NCBI GenBank assembly: GCA_963675595.2
Contig: CAXXLZ010000002.1
Coordinates: 3,808,001 to 3,872,000 of the forward strand
DNA: 64,000 bases
Reading direction: 5' to 3'
Source: Thermodesulfobacteriota bacterium
Lineage (GTDB): Bacteria > Desulfobacterota > Desulfarculia > JACQYL01
In this document: piece by piece, positions 46,807-57,943 of the stretch
Position numbering within the stretch: the first letter of the stretch is position 1
How the letters are laid out: every line of letters begins with the position of its first letter
The notes under the pieces: model-generated
What the model was told of the DNA's origin: nothing
Database searches by the model: none
Seen by the model: the letters and a program-made list of their open reading frames with translations, nothing else
Program-made: the position numbers and the translations under genes

Positions 46807-48682
46807 GATGCCGTCGTAAGAACCCCCCTTTACGAACAGGGCTGTTTTTTGGAGCATTGGAAGTTCAAGCGGCCATTGCAACACTGCCAAGGTTACTGTC
46901 ATCGTGACATAGGCTACAAAGACGACGGAAATTATCGTTGCTGCCTCCCTCTATCGAGTTGGAAAGGGCCTTCTTGGCCTTATCAAGGCGGCTCTGGACG
47001 AACCTCTTGATGTTGATGGCCAGGGCCTTCATGAAAACAGATAAGGTGACCCGTTTTTTGCCTCGGGTCCACGATCGTTTCAATCCCGTGACCCGATCCG
47101 CTTCGGAGATGGTGGCCTCGATGCCGGACCGGATTTTGTAGCGTTCTTTGAAATCATGGCTTTCCTGCTGTAGTCTGCGCTTGGAGGTCGCCATGTCCTT
47201 GCGCTTGTACTTCAGTCGATAATTTCCGCCCTTGATCCGTTTTACCGGACAGATGGGGAGAAATTCGCATAGGAGACAGTGCTCGCGGGAAAACACGGCT
47301 TCCACCGCTTTGCCGCGGTCAACGATCTTGCATTCAAGTGGCGCGTGCCCCCGGATACAGTAAACGACCTGGGTGCAGTCCTCGTTCGTTTCAAAGTCAC
47401 TCAACTGCATCTTATTGAGATCCGGCGCTTTTCCGCAAGTCACCGGAGCGGTAAGCTCGACTCCGTGCTCGTGAGCTTGAAGGATGTTCTCGCCGCTGCC
47501 GTAGCCTGCGTCGGCGAACAACTCTTCGGGTTTGCGGCCCGTTTCCTCCAGGCGTTCGATAACGGGCATCACGTCTTTCTGGTCGCTGTCATAGGAAGGG
47601 GCCACGTCCACATCGGTGATCACCTGGAAGGGATTTTCCTTCACGCAGGTCTCCGTGAGGGAAGCCTTATATCCTTTGCCCTTGCGCCCATAGGTGGCGT
47701 CGGGATCCGAAGGATTCTGCAGGGAGTCCGCAGGGATTTCCTTGGGCTTCTCGAGTTCTGTTTTGTCGGGATCTCCCTCGGTGAAACGGCATTGCTCCGA
47801 CAGTAGTCGGGCCATCAGCCGGTATTCTTTCATTCGGCTGATTTCCGGATGACCTCGGAAGCGGTCCACCAGGTCGGCGAGATGGCGGGCGGACTTGTCC
47901 AGACGACGCTTGGCCCGCGATGATTTTGCATCGGCAAAATAGCCTGCGCGCTTCAAGTAGGCCTTGTCGTAAAGTCGGGGCAGTTTCTCATACAACTTGG
48001 GATGTTTCTTATGGAGCCGTTTCAAGAACGCCTCGATGGTGCGCGTAAAGAGCCCCAGACGGCTCAGATGAGCCATGTTGGAAGTGATCTGTGTGGAGTC
48101 CAACCGCTGTTTGTCCGTGCTAAGGGCCGCCGTCTCGATGATGGCGTCCGTGATTCCGGTAAAGAGGCTCCGCGCTTGCTTGTTGTCGGTAATCAAGGTC
48201 CGGAAATTGTGCAGGGTCTTCTGGCAGACGTGAGATTCAAAGGCGTTGATGTTGAAGGCATATTGCCAACGCAGATCGAAGTCCAGAGCGCCCAAGACTT
48301 CCGCATCGGTCAGGCTGTTCATTTCCTTCAAAACACACGCTCCGACAAGGATGGCCACGGGTCTGTTGGGCCTGCCGTTGTCCTCACAGTAGAAAGGCCG
48401 GAAAGACTCCTCATCGATCATGGGAAGCACCAGGCGCCGGAACGGACCGGCCCACGTCTTCTCCAACGCCTCGATCCTGTCTGCGGGAAGGCAAATATCG
48501 TGGTCGAAAATGGTCTTTTGCGTTCTCTTAGGCCGAAACAAAACAACCCCCCTAAGGACCATATTATTAATCAAGTCAGATACTTATCATACAGGACCCA
48601 AAAGAAAGGTCAACCCATAAATGCCATTTTTATTCATATTTTCAACTAGATACCTTTACGGAGAGGTTTTTACGAACTCATC
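46807..48682 (-). mobile_element. IS1182-like element, copy 2 (tandem)
   Basis: Same sequence offset by 1883 bp; AATACTT at 46800-46806 and 48683-48689. Confidence 0.88.
46865..48574 (-). CDS. DDE transposase (IS1182-like), second copy
   Basis: Translation identical to 44982-46691. Confidence 0.85.
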   Translation of the reverse strand: MINNMVLRGVVLFRPKRTQKTIFDHDICLPADRIEALEKTWAGPFRRLVLPMIDEESFRPFYCEDNGRPNRPVAILVGACVLKEMNSLTDAEVLGALDFDLRWQYAFNINAFESHVCQKTLHNFRTLITDNKQARSLFTGITDAIIETAALSTDKQRLDSTQITSNMAHLSRLGLFTRTIEAFLKRLHKKHPKLYEKLPRLYDKAYLKRAGYFADAKSSRAKRRLDKSARHLADLVDRFRGHPEISRMKEYRLMARLLSEQCRFTEGDPDKTELEKPKEIPADSLQNPSDPDATYGRKGKGYKASLTETCVKENPFQVITDVDVAPSYDSDQKDVMPVIERLEETGRKPEELFADAGYGSGENILQAHEHGVELTAPVTCGKAPDLNKMQLSDFETNEDCTQVVYCIRGHAPLECKIVDRGKAVEAVFSREHCLLCEFLPICPVKRIKGGNYRLKYKRKDMATSKRRLQQESHDFKERYKIRSGIEATISEADRVTGLKRSWTRGKKRVTLSVFMKALAINIKRFVQSRLDKAKKALSNSIEGGSNDNFRRLCSLCHDDSNLGSVAMAA

Positions 48683-48937
48683 AATACTTAATTAAAAAAG
48701 AAAACCGCGCCGTATGTTATGTGAGTATATGAAGTGATCAGTTACTTGTATCGGCCATTATACTACCTAATCAAATAGGATTGAGGTAGTTATGGGGCGA
48801 AGGCGATATCGTCATCCGGTTTGTTTGTCACGGAACATATCGATGGATAGAATTTGTCCGGATGACGGCCAACGCAACAGCATGTCGTATGGAATTAGAT
48901 ATGTGTTAACTGATAGAATCCACAGCGAAAACCTATT

Positions 48938-48952
48938 TGTCAATTATTATCA
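48938..48952 (-). promoter_or_regulatory. Fur-box-like site overlapping a TTGACA -35 oriented towards the CobN operon
   Basis: Minus strand TGATAATAATTGACA versus the 7-1-7 consensus TGATAATnATTATCA; GATTCT 17 bp downstream. Confidence 0.35.
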
Positions 48953-49237
48953 TACTCCCTTAAATATTTTGTTTGGACTACCGGTTTGCTTGGGAACTTA
49001 TGGAAATAAGGCAACAAGATACGAGGTACTAATACATGGGAGGAGTATGGACCATGCAAGGGTAGGGGTATCGCGCCGGTCTTCATCGGCGTGATAAACT
49101 CTGATCCGTGTGTTCGGAGCACTGAACGGTTCTTGACGTAGAGGAGGCCGTATGAGGTGGATGCGCCGGGAGGCGCTTAAAGAAGTCTCCTCGTGGCGAC
49201 GGTTGGGCCCGGGGTGGAATCTCGTATCCGGGTGGCT

Positions 49238-50248
49238 TCAGTGGCGGGCGGATCCTAATTTATGTGCGAGCTTGAGCAGGTTTTCCTTGAGTCCCATGGC
49301 GATGAGGGTGTCCCCTACTTCGATGACGGCATCGAAACGAGGATTATACAACATCTTACCGGTCTTCTTCATGATGGCCACGATAATCAGGTCCAGTTCC
49401 TGGCGGATGCCCGAATCCTTGAGCGTGACGTCATGCAATTGGGATTCGGCGCCCACCTGAAGCTCTTCCAGGTTCAGTTCCATGGCCCCTTCCTGGAACA
49501 CGATCTCGACGAAGTTGGTGATGGCCGGACGGAGCAGTTCCTGGGCCATCTTCCTCGCTCCCATGTAATGAGGACTGACCACGCGACTTGCGCCGGCACG
49601 CAGAAGGCGTTTGGATGCGTCCGGTTCACCGGCTCTGGAAAGGATGAATATGTCGGGTCTGATTTCCCTGGCCGTCAGGCAGATGTAGACGTTGTCGGCA
49701 TCTTTGAGAAGGCAGGACACAAGACCGCGAGCTCGCTCGACGCCGGCTTCGCGCAGTGTCTTCTCTTCGGTGGCGTCCCCGATGATGTAGGGAACTTTCA
49801 GCTCTTCGATCTTAGGGAGAAAACTCTCCTCTTTTTCAATGACCACCAAGGGGCGTCCTTCATTCTTGATTTCCCGGCAGATGATTTTTCCGACGCGACC
49901 GAAGCCGCACACAATATAGTGATCTTTTAAGTTTCGGATTTCCTTTTCCAATCTTCTCCTCCCCAGGAGGGCCTGAATCCGGCCTTCCAGCGTAATCTGC
50001 CAGACGGTGCCGAAAATGGAGAGAATGATCCCCACACCCAGCATGATAAAAATGATATTGAAGATTCGCGCCTCGGGGGACAGGGGACGAACTTCGAAGT
50101 AACCCACGGTCGTTACCGTAATCACGGTCATATAGAGGGCGTCGAGAAAGCTCCAACCCTCGAGGGTCATGAATCCTACGATGCCTATGACGAGGACGAC
50201 CAAGGTGAGCAGTCCGACGAACAGGACTTTCTTCATCGGGTTCATCAT
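49238..50248 (-). CDS. Potassium channel with RCK (TrkA-N/C) domains
   Basis: ALYMTVITVTTVGY pore, CGFGRVG, GDATEE. Confidence 0.9.
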   Translation of the reverse strand: MMNPMKKVLFVGLLTLVVLVIGIVGFMTLEGWSFLDALYMTVITVTTVGYFEVRPLSPEARIFNIIFIMLGVGIILSIFGTVWQITLEGRIQALLGRRRLEKEIRNLKDHYIVCGFGRVGKIICREIKNEGRPLVVIEKEESFLPKIEELKVPYIIGDATEEKTLREAGVERARGLVSCLLKDADNVYICLTAREIRPDIFILSRAGEPDASKRLLRAGASRVVSPHYMGARKMAQELLRPAITNFVEIVFQEGAMELNLEELQVGAESQLHDVTLKDSGIRQELDLIIVAIMKKTGKMLYNPRFDAVIEVGDTLIAMGLKENLLKLAHKLGSARH

Positions 50249-50279
50249 GGCTTCGGACTGACTTTCGGGGGTTCGGCGT

Positions 50280-51047
50280 TCAACGGGGGACCGGCTCTGA
50301 AGATACGGCCTTCACCGTATACTCGGAGAGGTTTTCCGGAAAATCGGAGAAAACCAAGCTGAATGGAATGGAATCACCGGAATTGACATATTCGTCCGAG
50401 CGCTCCTTGCCGGACCGATTGTTCATCAATGCCTCGATTTGCTGAATGGAGAGGGCTTGGATTTCCTGTTCGCTGATGGGATTTCCGGCAAAAGCGGTAA
50501 CTTTCCTTACGTTTTGTTCCGTATCGGTGTGCAGACTTCCTTCCAGTCGAATGAATCGCACGGGATTGGGGTAATCGTTTTGTACGATTCCACTGATTAC
50601 GAAGAGCCTATCAAGACTGTCCGATTCAAAGAAGTCGCCTTCGACCTGATAGAGGGAAAGACGTAGATTACCGGGATCTTGAGGGGCCATCGTTTCCTGC
50701 GGCCCGGAGGTGAAGGTGGGAACCATGTAACCTTTCATCCAGGCGAAGATACCGAAGCCCAACACGGAAAGAGAAATCAGGATGGCTAAGAGTCGCTTGT
50801 AGGATCCGAGTTTGGAGCTCAAGGACTCCCCGGAATTCTTACCCTTCGCGGATTGTCCGAGGTTGAGTTTGGACATGAACGCCTGCGATCGCGGAGCGCC
50901 GGCGCCGCCTGAGGCGGAGGAAGCGCCGGGCTTCTTCACTTCGAAGATGTGCCGACACCTGGAGCAACGGACTTTAGTGGCCGCGCCTTTTATTTTGTCG
51001 GTATCGAGTTTGAACTTGGTGGAGCACTTGGGGCATTCGACGACCAT
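50280..51047 (-). CDS. Zinc-ribbon (MJ0042-like) membrane protein, DUF3426-like
   Basis: MVVECPKCSTKF...VRCSRCRHIF, one TM, Ig-like C-terminal domain. Confidence 0.75.
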   Translation of the reverse strand: MVVECPKCSTKFKLDTDKIKGAATKVRCSRCRHIFEVKKPGASSASGGAGAPRSQAFMSKLNLGQSAKGKNSGESLSSKLGSYKRLLAILISLSVLGFGIFAWMKGYMVPTFTSGPQETMAPQDPGNLRLSLYQVEGDFFESDSLDRLFVISGIVQNDYPNPVRFIRLEGSLHTDTEQNVRKVTAFAGNPISEQEIQALSIQQIEALMNNRSGKERSDEYVNSGDSIPFSLVFSDFPENLSEYTVKAVSSEPVPR

Positions 51048-51067
51048 GGCGCTCTCCGGTCCTCGGT

Positions 51068-51589
51068 TCAGACCTCAAGGTGGTATATGTCGTTCAATAA
51101 CCGGTGGTCTTCATTGTAGTCCAGTCCATAACCCACCAGAAAGCCTTCCTCAACGGTAAATCCCACATAGTCGAGGCGAGTCTCGTGGGTTCTGCGTTCG
51201 GTCTTGTCGATGAGTACGCAGGTCTTGACGTCGGCCGCGCCGCGTTCTTCGAGCTTCTTCAAGAACCATTGGAGCGTGTATCCGCTGTCTACAATGTCTT
51301 CCACTACCAACACATGACGGCCCTTGATGTCGAATTCCACGTCTTTGACCAGTTGAATGGAACCCGATGAAGTGCTGCCGGAGTAGCTCCGTAATCGTAC
51401 GAAGTCGACCTGGGCCGGAATGGTGAGATAACGGGTGAGGTCTCCCATGAAACGAAAGACCCCGTTCAGGACTCCGATCAGAAGCGGGTACTTGTCGCTG
51501 TAATCGATATCCAGGCGTGCCGCCATTTCACCGACGCGTTCGAGAATGCGGGATTCAGGGAGTACGAGACTTTTGGAATACTCAGGCAT
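51068..51589 (-). CDS. hpt: Hypoxanthine phosphoribosyltransferase
   Basis: LIGVLNG, VLVVEDIVDSGYTL, FLVGYGLDY. Confidence 0.92.
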   Translation of the reverse strand: MPEYSKSLVLPESRILERVGEMAARLDIDYSDKYPLLIGVLNGVFRFMGDLTRYLTIPAQVDFVRLRSYSGSTSSGSIQLVKDVEFDIKGRHVLVVEDIVDSGYTLQWFLKKLEERGAADVKTCVLIDKTERRTHETRLDYVGFTVEEGFLVGYGLDYNEDHRLLNDIYHLEV

Positions 51590-51863
51590 GATGATGGCAT
51601 CCAGTCGGAAGTTTGGTTTCCTTTAAACCAATCCACGGATAAAGTCAATATCGTCGGGGCGTTCTGAAGCTTCGGATGGAAATTATGGGTAAGAGGAATC
51701 CGAATGGAGCGCCGGTCGGTCGAGCCTCGACGAGGCGACGTCGGGTTCGGCTCCATGTTGCGTCGAAGGAGTGGGGCGGAGTGCCGGACCGGGGAATTTC
51801 CTTGCAGGAAGCGGATCGAAGCTGTTACAAACCTATTTTTTTGTTGAAAAAATAGGGGATTGA

Positions 51864-53003
<1,140 letters not shown>

Positions 53004-53469
53004 CGGCGACTCGCCTCACCTCTTCACCTCGACTTCGCACGAGCTCACCCGGAGGATCGGCATGCCGGAAACTCAGCGACGGTTCGTTCATGCGTGACCG
53101 TCGGCGGTCGCAAGCTCGGTGCGAAATCCCGACGGTCCGGCTCGCGAAGGAGAGACTCTTTGTTCCGTCGGATCCCGCCATCGACACCCGTCATGGCGTT
53201 CGAACGCGGATGCGGTTCAACCCTCCTCCACGAAGCAACCAATGATTCCGGCCTGATGGTTTGGGGGAAGTGCAGGAGTCTTCCCGCCGAGTTCCCTCCA
53301 TTTTGATGCTCACAGCGCTTGGTTCGGCACGATCAGAGCACCGGAGAACCCCTGCGGACACTCCGGTCGCAGCCGGAGTTCCTCTTGAATTTCATGGGGA
53401 TCAGTGACATGATTCAAAAGATATGATCCGATCCGCCTACTTTTTCCCGTCACCGCCGGGGGTTGCTTT

Positions 53470-54324
53470 CTGAAGCGCAGAATCATTATCAGTCTGGTTT
53501 TCGTAATCTGCATGGTGGCCGCCGGGATCGTCATGTCGCCGAGAAACCGCTACGGGGACTTTGATCTGGTCCAGAGACTCACTGTGGAGGCCGTTGCTCC
53601 CGTGCAGGAAGGATTCGACTTTATCACCCGATCTCTGGTTTCGGTGTGGGAGTCTTATGTGGATTTACTGGACACCCAACGGGAGAACCGTGAATTGCGG
53701 AGTTTGGCCGCGGAGCTGGAATACGAGTTGAATCTTCTACGTGAAGACCGTGCGGAGAATCTGCGATTGCGAAAGCTTCTCGAATTCAAGAGGAAAGAAG
53801 CCAAGGTCATGATTCCCGCCCAAGTCGTGGCATGGGACCCGTCCAAATGGGTCCAGACCATCATGATCGACAAAGGAGAAGAAGCCGGGGTTGGAAAGAA
53901 CATGGCCGTAGTCTCTTACTCGGGCATTGTAGGCCGGGTCATCGCCGTTTCTTCCCATTACGCCAAAGTGCTGCTCATCCTGGACCAGAATAGTGCGGTG
54001 AACTCGATCCTTCAAACGAGTCGTTCGAGAGCCGTCTTGGGAGGGATGGGAGGTTCTCTCTGTGAATTGAAATACGTCCCCCCTTCCGAATATGTGGCCG
54101 TGGGAGAGGCGGTCGTAACTTCAGGCCTGAGCGGTTTCTTTCCAAAGGGCATACTGCTGGGGTATGTCAAGTCGGCGGAGCAGAATCCCGGTGAGCTGTT
54201 TCAGTCCATCCTCGTTGTTCCGGCGGTGGATTTCTCCACTCTGGAAGAAGTGATGGTGATATTAGACCGACCCGGGCGGTTCATCCCTCAAGCCACGGAG
54301 CCCGAGCCGGATGAGGATAGCTGA
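53470..54324 (+). CDS. mreC: Rod shape-determining protein MreC
   Basis: ENLRLRKLL, IDKG, VVTSGL.GFFPKGI, PAVDFSTLEEV; start ambiguous (CTG 53470 or ATG 53512). Confidence 0.9.
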   Translation: MKRRIIISLVFVICMVAAGIVMSPRNRYGDFDLVQRLTVEAVAPVQEGFDFITRSLVSVWESYVDLLDTQRENRELRSLAAELEYELNLLREDRAENLRLRKLLEFKRKEAKVMIPAQVVAWDPSKWVQTIMIDKGEEAGVGKNMAVVSYSGIVGRVIAVSSHYAKVLLILDQNSAVNSILQTSRSRAVLGGMGGSLCELKYVPPSEYVAVGEAVVTSGLSGFFPKGILLGYVKSAEQNPGELFQSILVVPAVDFSTLEEVMVILDRPGRFIPQATEPEPDEDS

Positions 54325-54820
54325 AACCCTTCTGTTTTTGGGCTGGGCGCTGGTGCTGTTTGTCCTGCATACCGCTTGGCTGGGTCAAGTATCCGCTCTG
54401 TACGCCTGCCATTGTTTTCTCGTTCTCATCGTGTATCTGGGGCTCACGCGGCATCCGGCAGTGGGCGGTTGGGTCACCGTGTTCGTGGGACTGTTGGTGG
54501 ATACGTACTCGGGCGGCATTTTCGGTGCTCATATCCTGTTGTATGTCTTGATATTCGTAGTGACCTGTATTGCGGGGAGAAGCGTCAATCTCGCCCTGGG
54601 ATTGTATCGGATGGGCGTGGTTCTGGTGCTTGACCTGTTCTTCCGCTTCTCGATTTTGGCCATGCTCGCGGCTCTCCTGGATTTTCGGTTCGACTCGGCC
54701 CGTCCGGTTCTGTGGTACGCCATTGTCACCGCGCTGGTCAGTCCTCTGCTTTTTCGTGCTTTCGACGGCACCAGGATGTGGGTACAAGAGGCTACCCTGG
54801 AATGGAAATACAAAAAGTAA
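54311..54820 (+). CDS. mreD: Rod shape-determining protein MreD
   Basis: Hydrophobic, GLLVDTYSGGIFG; lies between mreC and mrdA. Confidence 0.8.
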   Translation: MRIAETLLFLGWALVLFVLHTAWLGQVSALYACHCFLVLIVYLGLTRHPAVGGWVTVFVGLLVDTYSGGIFGAHILLYVLIFVVTCIAGRSVNLALGLYRMGVVLVLDLFFRFSILAMLAALLDFRFDSARPVLWYAIVTALVSPLLFRAFDGTRMWVQEATLEWKYKK

Positions 54821-56700
54821 AACGGGGATTCACTCCCGTAAGCCTGCACGAAACACCGGATCTGGACAGGCGATTCATTATATTCGCCCTGGCCGCGACG
54901 GTCGTGGTGGGCGTGCTTACCCTGAGGCTGTGGTATTTGCAGCTTTACAAGGGCGACGAGTACCATAACCTGTCCATACACAACCGCATTCGTTTAAGGC
55001 ATCTCATGCCCATGCGCGGCCTGATCTTGGACCGCAAAGGGCGAGTGCTGGTGAGCAACCGACCGTCCTTCAGCGTCTACATGGACATGGATCAGGCCGA
55101 CGTCGACGGGCGGGTCGCGCAACGTCTCGGTGCGATTCTCGGATTCTCCAAAGACGAATTCTCCACAGTCTTTCGGCAGGGGAAGAAGGATGTATTTACC
55201 AATAGGGTGCTGGTCAAATCCAACATCTCCTGGGCTGAATTGTCGAGGGTGGAAACCCTGAAATACGAACTCCCCGGCGTCACCATCCAGGCGGAGCCGA
55301 AACGCCACTACGTTTACCCCGGTCTCGCGTGCCACTTGGTGGGGTATTTAGGCGAGGTGAGCAACACCGAGCTGGAAAGGAAAGAGTTTACAGGGGCGCT
55401 CGTGGGTGAGTACGTGGGAAAAAGCGGTATCGAGCGTGCCAAGCAGCAGTTCCTGCGCGGACTTAAAGGGGGACGTCATGTCGAAGTGGACGCTGCGGGA
55501 CGGGAAATCAAGACACTGAACCGCGTTGACGCGCTGCCCGGCGACAATGTGTACCTGACCTTGGACATGGAGCTTCAGTCCGTGGTGGAAGCCGAGCTCC
55601 GGGACAAGGTGGGCGCCATCGTCGCCATGGATCCGCGAACCGGTGAAATATTGGCCCTGGCGTCGAGTCCCGGATACGATCAGAATCTTTTCGTGGAGGG
55701 TATCTCTCTGGAAGCCTGGAAGGATATCCGAGACAATCCGCTGAATCCACTTCAGAACCGTGCTACACAGGGACAGTACCCGCCGGGATCCACCTTCAAG
55801 ATCGTAACGGCCTTGGCGGGACTTGCGGAAGGGGTTGTCACTCCGGAGACTGCGTTCGATTGTCATGGTGCGTACAGCCTGGGAAACCGGATCTACCATT
55901 GCTGGAAAAGCTGGGGGCATGGTCGGGTGGATATTACGAGGGCCATAGCCGAATCGTGCGACGTGTACTTCTACCAATTGGGGCAGCGCTTGGGTGTGGA
56001 CGTGATCGCCCGGTACGCGGCGAAGTTGGGATTTTCCGAAAGCACGGGCATCATCCTGGAATCGGAGCGGGCCGGCCTGATCCCCACGTCCGCCTGGAAA
56101 CTTAGACGGTTCCGGGTACCGTGGCAGAAAGGCGAAACCCTGTCTATGGCCATTGGGCAAAGCTTCAATTTGGTGACACCGCTGCAGTGTGCGGTGGCCT
56201 TTTCCGCTCTGGCCAACGGCGGGCATGTCATGGTGCCCGCCGCCGTTCGAAGGGTCGAGACGTCGGATGGAAGCCTGATCCAGTCTTTCACCCCCAAAGT
56301 CAGGAAAGAAACGGGGGTGGCGCCGGAGCAACTCAATGTTTTGGTGGAGGCCCTTCGCCAGGCTGTGGAGGGCTCCGCGGGAACGGGGCGAAAGGCCGCG
56401 GTCGAAGGATTATCCGTGGCGGGAAAAACGGGTACCGTCCAAGTGGTGTCTTTGCGGGATCCGAAAAACAGAAAAGATGTGGAAGAGACGCCGTACAAGT
56501 TTCGCGACCACGCTTGGTTTGTCTGTTTCGCTCCGGCGGAAAAACCTAGGATCGCTCTCGCGGTGCTGATTGAGCATGCGGGGCATGGAGGATCGGTGGC
56601 CGCCCCCGTGGCCGGCAACGTGCTCAAGGCTTGGGTGGCGCTCCAGAATGCGGAACAGCCGGAGCTGGAGGTATCTCAAGGGCTCGAAAGCGGCAGGTAG
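54802..56700 (+). CDS. mrdA: Penicillin-binding protein 2
   Basis: RLWYLQ, PMRGLILDR, YPPGSTFK, SCD, AGKTGT. Confidence 0.93.
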   Translation: MEIQKVKRGFTPVSLHETPDLDRRFIIFALAATVVVGVLTLRLWYLQLYKGDEYHNLSIHNRIRLRHLMPMRGLILDRKGRVLVSNRPSFSVYMDMDQADVDGRVAQRLGAILGFSKDEFSTVFRQGKKDVFTNRVLVKSNISWAELSRVETLKYELPGVTIQAEPKRHYVYPGLACHLVGYLGEVSNTELERKEFTGALVGEYVGKSGIERAKQQFLRGLKGGRHVEVDAAGREIKTLNRVDALPGDNVYLTLDMELQSVVEAELRDKVGAIVAMDPRTGEILALASSPGYDQNLFVEGISLEAWKDIRDNPLNPLQNRATQGQYPPGSTFKIVTALAGLAEGVVTPETAFDCHGAYSLGNRIYHCWKSWGHGRVDITRAIAESCDVYFYQLGQRLGVDVIARYAAKLGFSESTGIILESERAGLIPTSAWKLRRFRVPWQKGETLSMAIGQSFNLVTPLQCAVAFSALANGGHVMVPAAVRRVETSDGSLIQSFTPKVRKETGVAPEQLNVLVEALRQAVEGSAGTGRKAAVEGLSVAGKTGTVQVVSLRDPKNRKDVEETPYKFRDHAWFVCFAPAEKPRIALAVLIEHAGHGGSVAAPVAGNVLKAWVALQNAEQPELEVSQGLESGR

Positions 56701-56711
56701 GAGGAGACGGG

Positions 56712-57806
56712 TTGTTCGACAGAAGGCTCGTAAAGCATTTTGACTGGTTTTTGTTGTGTCTGATCCTGATGATCTGCGGAGTGGGGCTGGCCAATCTTTA
56801 CAGCGCCACCGTGCGCACCGAGGGGCAGTTGGTTTTCTATCGGCAATCCCTGTGGGTTTGCATCGGATTGGGGTTGGTGCTGGTAAGCCTGTTTTTCAAT
56901 TACCATCTGCTGGAGAGGGTGGCGGTACCGTTGTATGTCTTTACTTTGATACTACTGGTTCTGCCTTTGGTGCTCGGTCCGGTGGTCGGCGGCTCGAAGC
57001 GTTGGATCATCTTGGGGCCGCTTTCCTTCCAGCCCTCGGAGCTGGCCAAACCGGTCATGGTGGTCATGATGGCGAGGATCTTCTACCGGAAGAACCTGAA
57101 CCGGAGCCTCGGGCTGCGAGACCTGCTGCTTCCCTTTCTGGTGATGGCGCTTCCGGCGGTTCTGATTCTCAAAGAACCCGATTTGGGCACGGCGATTCTG
57201 TGTGTGCTCATCGGATTGTCGATTTTGTTGTTCATCCGGGTCCGATGGCAAGTGACGGCGGCGAGCATAAGCGGTGTGATTTTATCGTTGCCTTTTCTTT
57301 GGAAGGTGCTTAAGGACTATCAGAAGAAGCGGATTCTGACCTTTTTCAATCCGGAATGGGACCCGCTTGGGGCCGGCTACCACGTCACTCAGTCCAAGAT
57401 TGCCGTGGGATCGGGGCGCCTGGCGGGAAAAGGGTATCTCTCCAGCACTCAGAGCCATCTGAACTTTCTGCCGGAGCATCACACGGATTTCGCCTTTTCC
57501 GTACTTGCGGAGGAGTGGGGCTTCGTTGGATCGATCATCGTGATGGCGCTGTTTCTGACCTTGGTGCTCTGGGGCTTGAACATTGGGAGGAGGTCCAAGG
57601 ACCTGTACGGATCGTTGCTGGCGGTGGGGCTTGTGGCCATGTTGTTTTGGCCCCTGGTCATCAACGTGGGGATGGTGACCGGGATTCTGCCGGTGGTGGG
57701 AATTCCTTTGCCTCTGATCTCCTATGGAGGCTCCAACGCACTGAGCACCCTGTTCGCTGCGGGCCTGCTGATGAACATCAGCATGCGGCGATTCATGTTC
57801 AAGTGA
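56712..57806 (+). CDS. rodA: Rod shape-determining protein RodA
   Basis: FQPSELAK, EPDLGT, YHVTQSKIAVGSG, LPEHHTDFAF, PLPLISYGGS; TTG start after GGAGGAG. Confidence 0.93.
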   Translation: MFDRRLVKHFDWFLLCLILMICGVGLANLYSATVRTEGQLVFYRQSLWVCIGLGLVLVSLFFNYHLLERVAVPLYVFTLILLVLPLVLGPVVGGSKRWIILGPLSFQPSELAKPVMVVMMARIFYRKNLNRSLGLRDLLLPFLVMALPAVLILKEPDLGTAILCVLIGLSILLFIRVRWQVTAASISGVILSLPFLWKVLKDYQKKRILTFFNPEWDPLGAGYHVTQSKIAVGSGRLAGKGYLSSTQSHLNFLPEHHTDFAFSVLAEEWGFVGSIIVMALFLTLVLWGLNIGRRSKDLYGSLLAVGLVAMLFWPLVINVGMVTGILPVVGIPLPLISYGGSNALSTLFAAGLLMNISMRRFMFK

Positions 57807-57858
57807 AAATGGGGAAAGGCGGGCTTTTCTGAAAGGATTTCTTTTCGCAAAAAATCCT

Positions 57859-57887
57859 TTGACAACCCTCCCTGAATCATGTAATAA
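57859..57887 (+). promoter_or_regulatory. Sigma70-type promoter of the atp operon
   Basis: TTGACA-17 bp-TAATAA; an inverted repeat AAAGGATTT/AAATCCTTT (57832-57860) overlaps the -35. Confidence 0.55.
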
Positions 57888-57903
57888 CCTGCATCGTTCC
57901 AGC

Positions 57904-57921
57904 ACGTACTTTATTTCACAT
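57904..57921. promoter_or_regulatory. Rex-like operator
   Basis: ACGTACTTTATTTCACAT versus TTGTGAA-N4-TTCACAA. Confidence 0.4.
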
Positions 57922-57943
57922 TCTTAAGGGGAGTCGTGTCTGC

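Noticed and set aside
48690-49200. Expected cobalamin riboswitch or NikR box upstream of the CobN/CbiZ operon
   Set aside because: No B12-box elements or correctly spaced NikR half-sites seen on either strand
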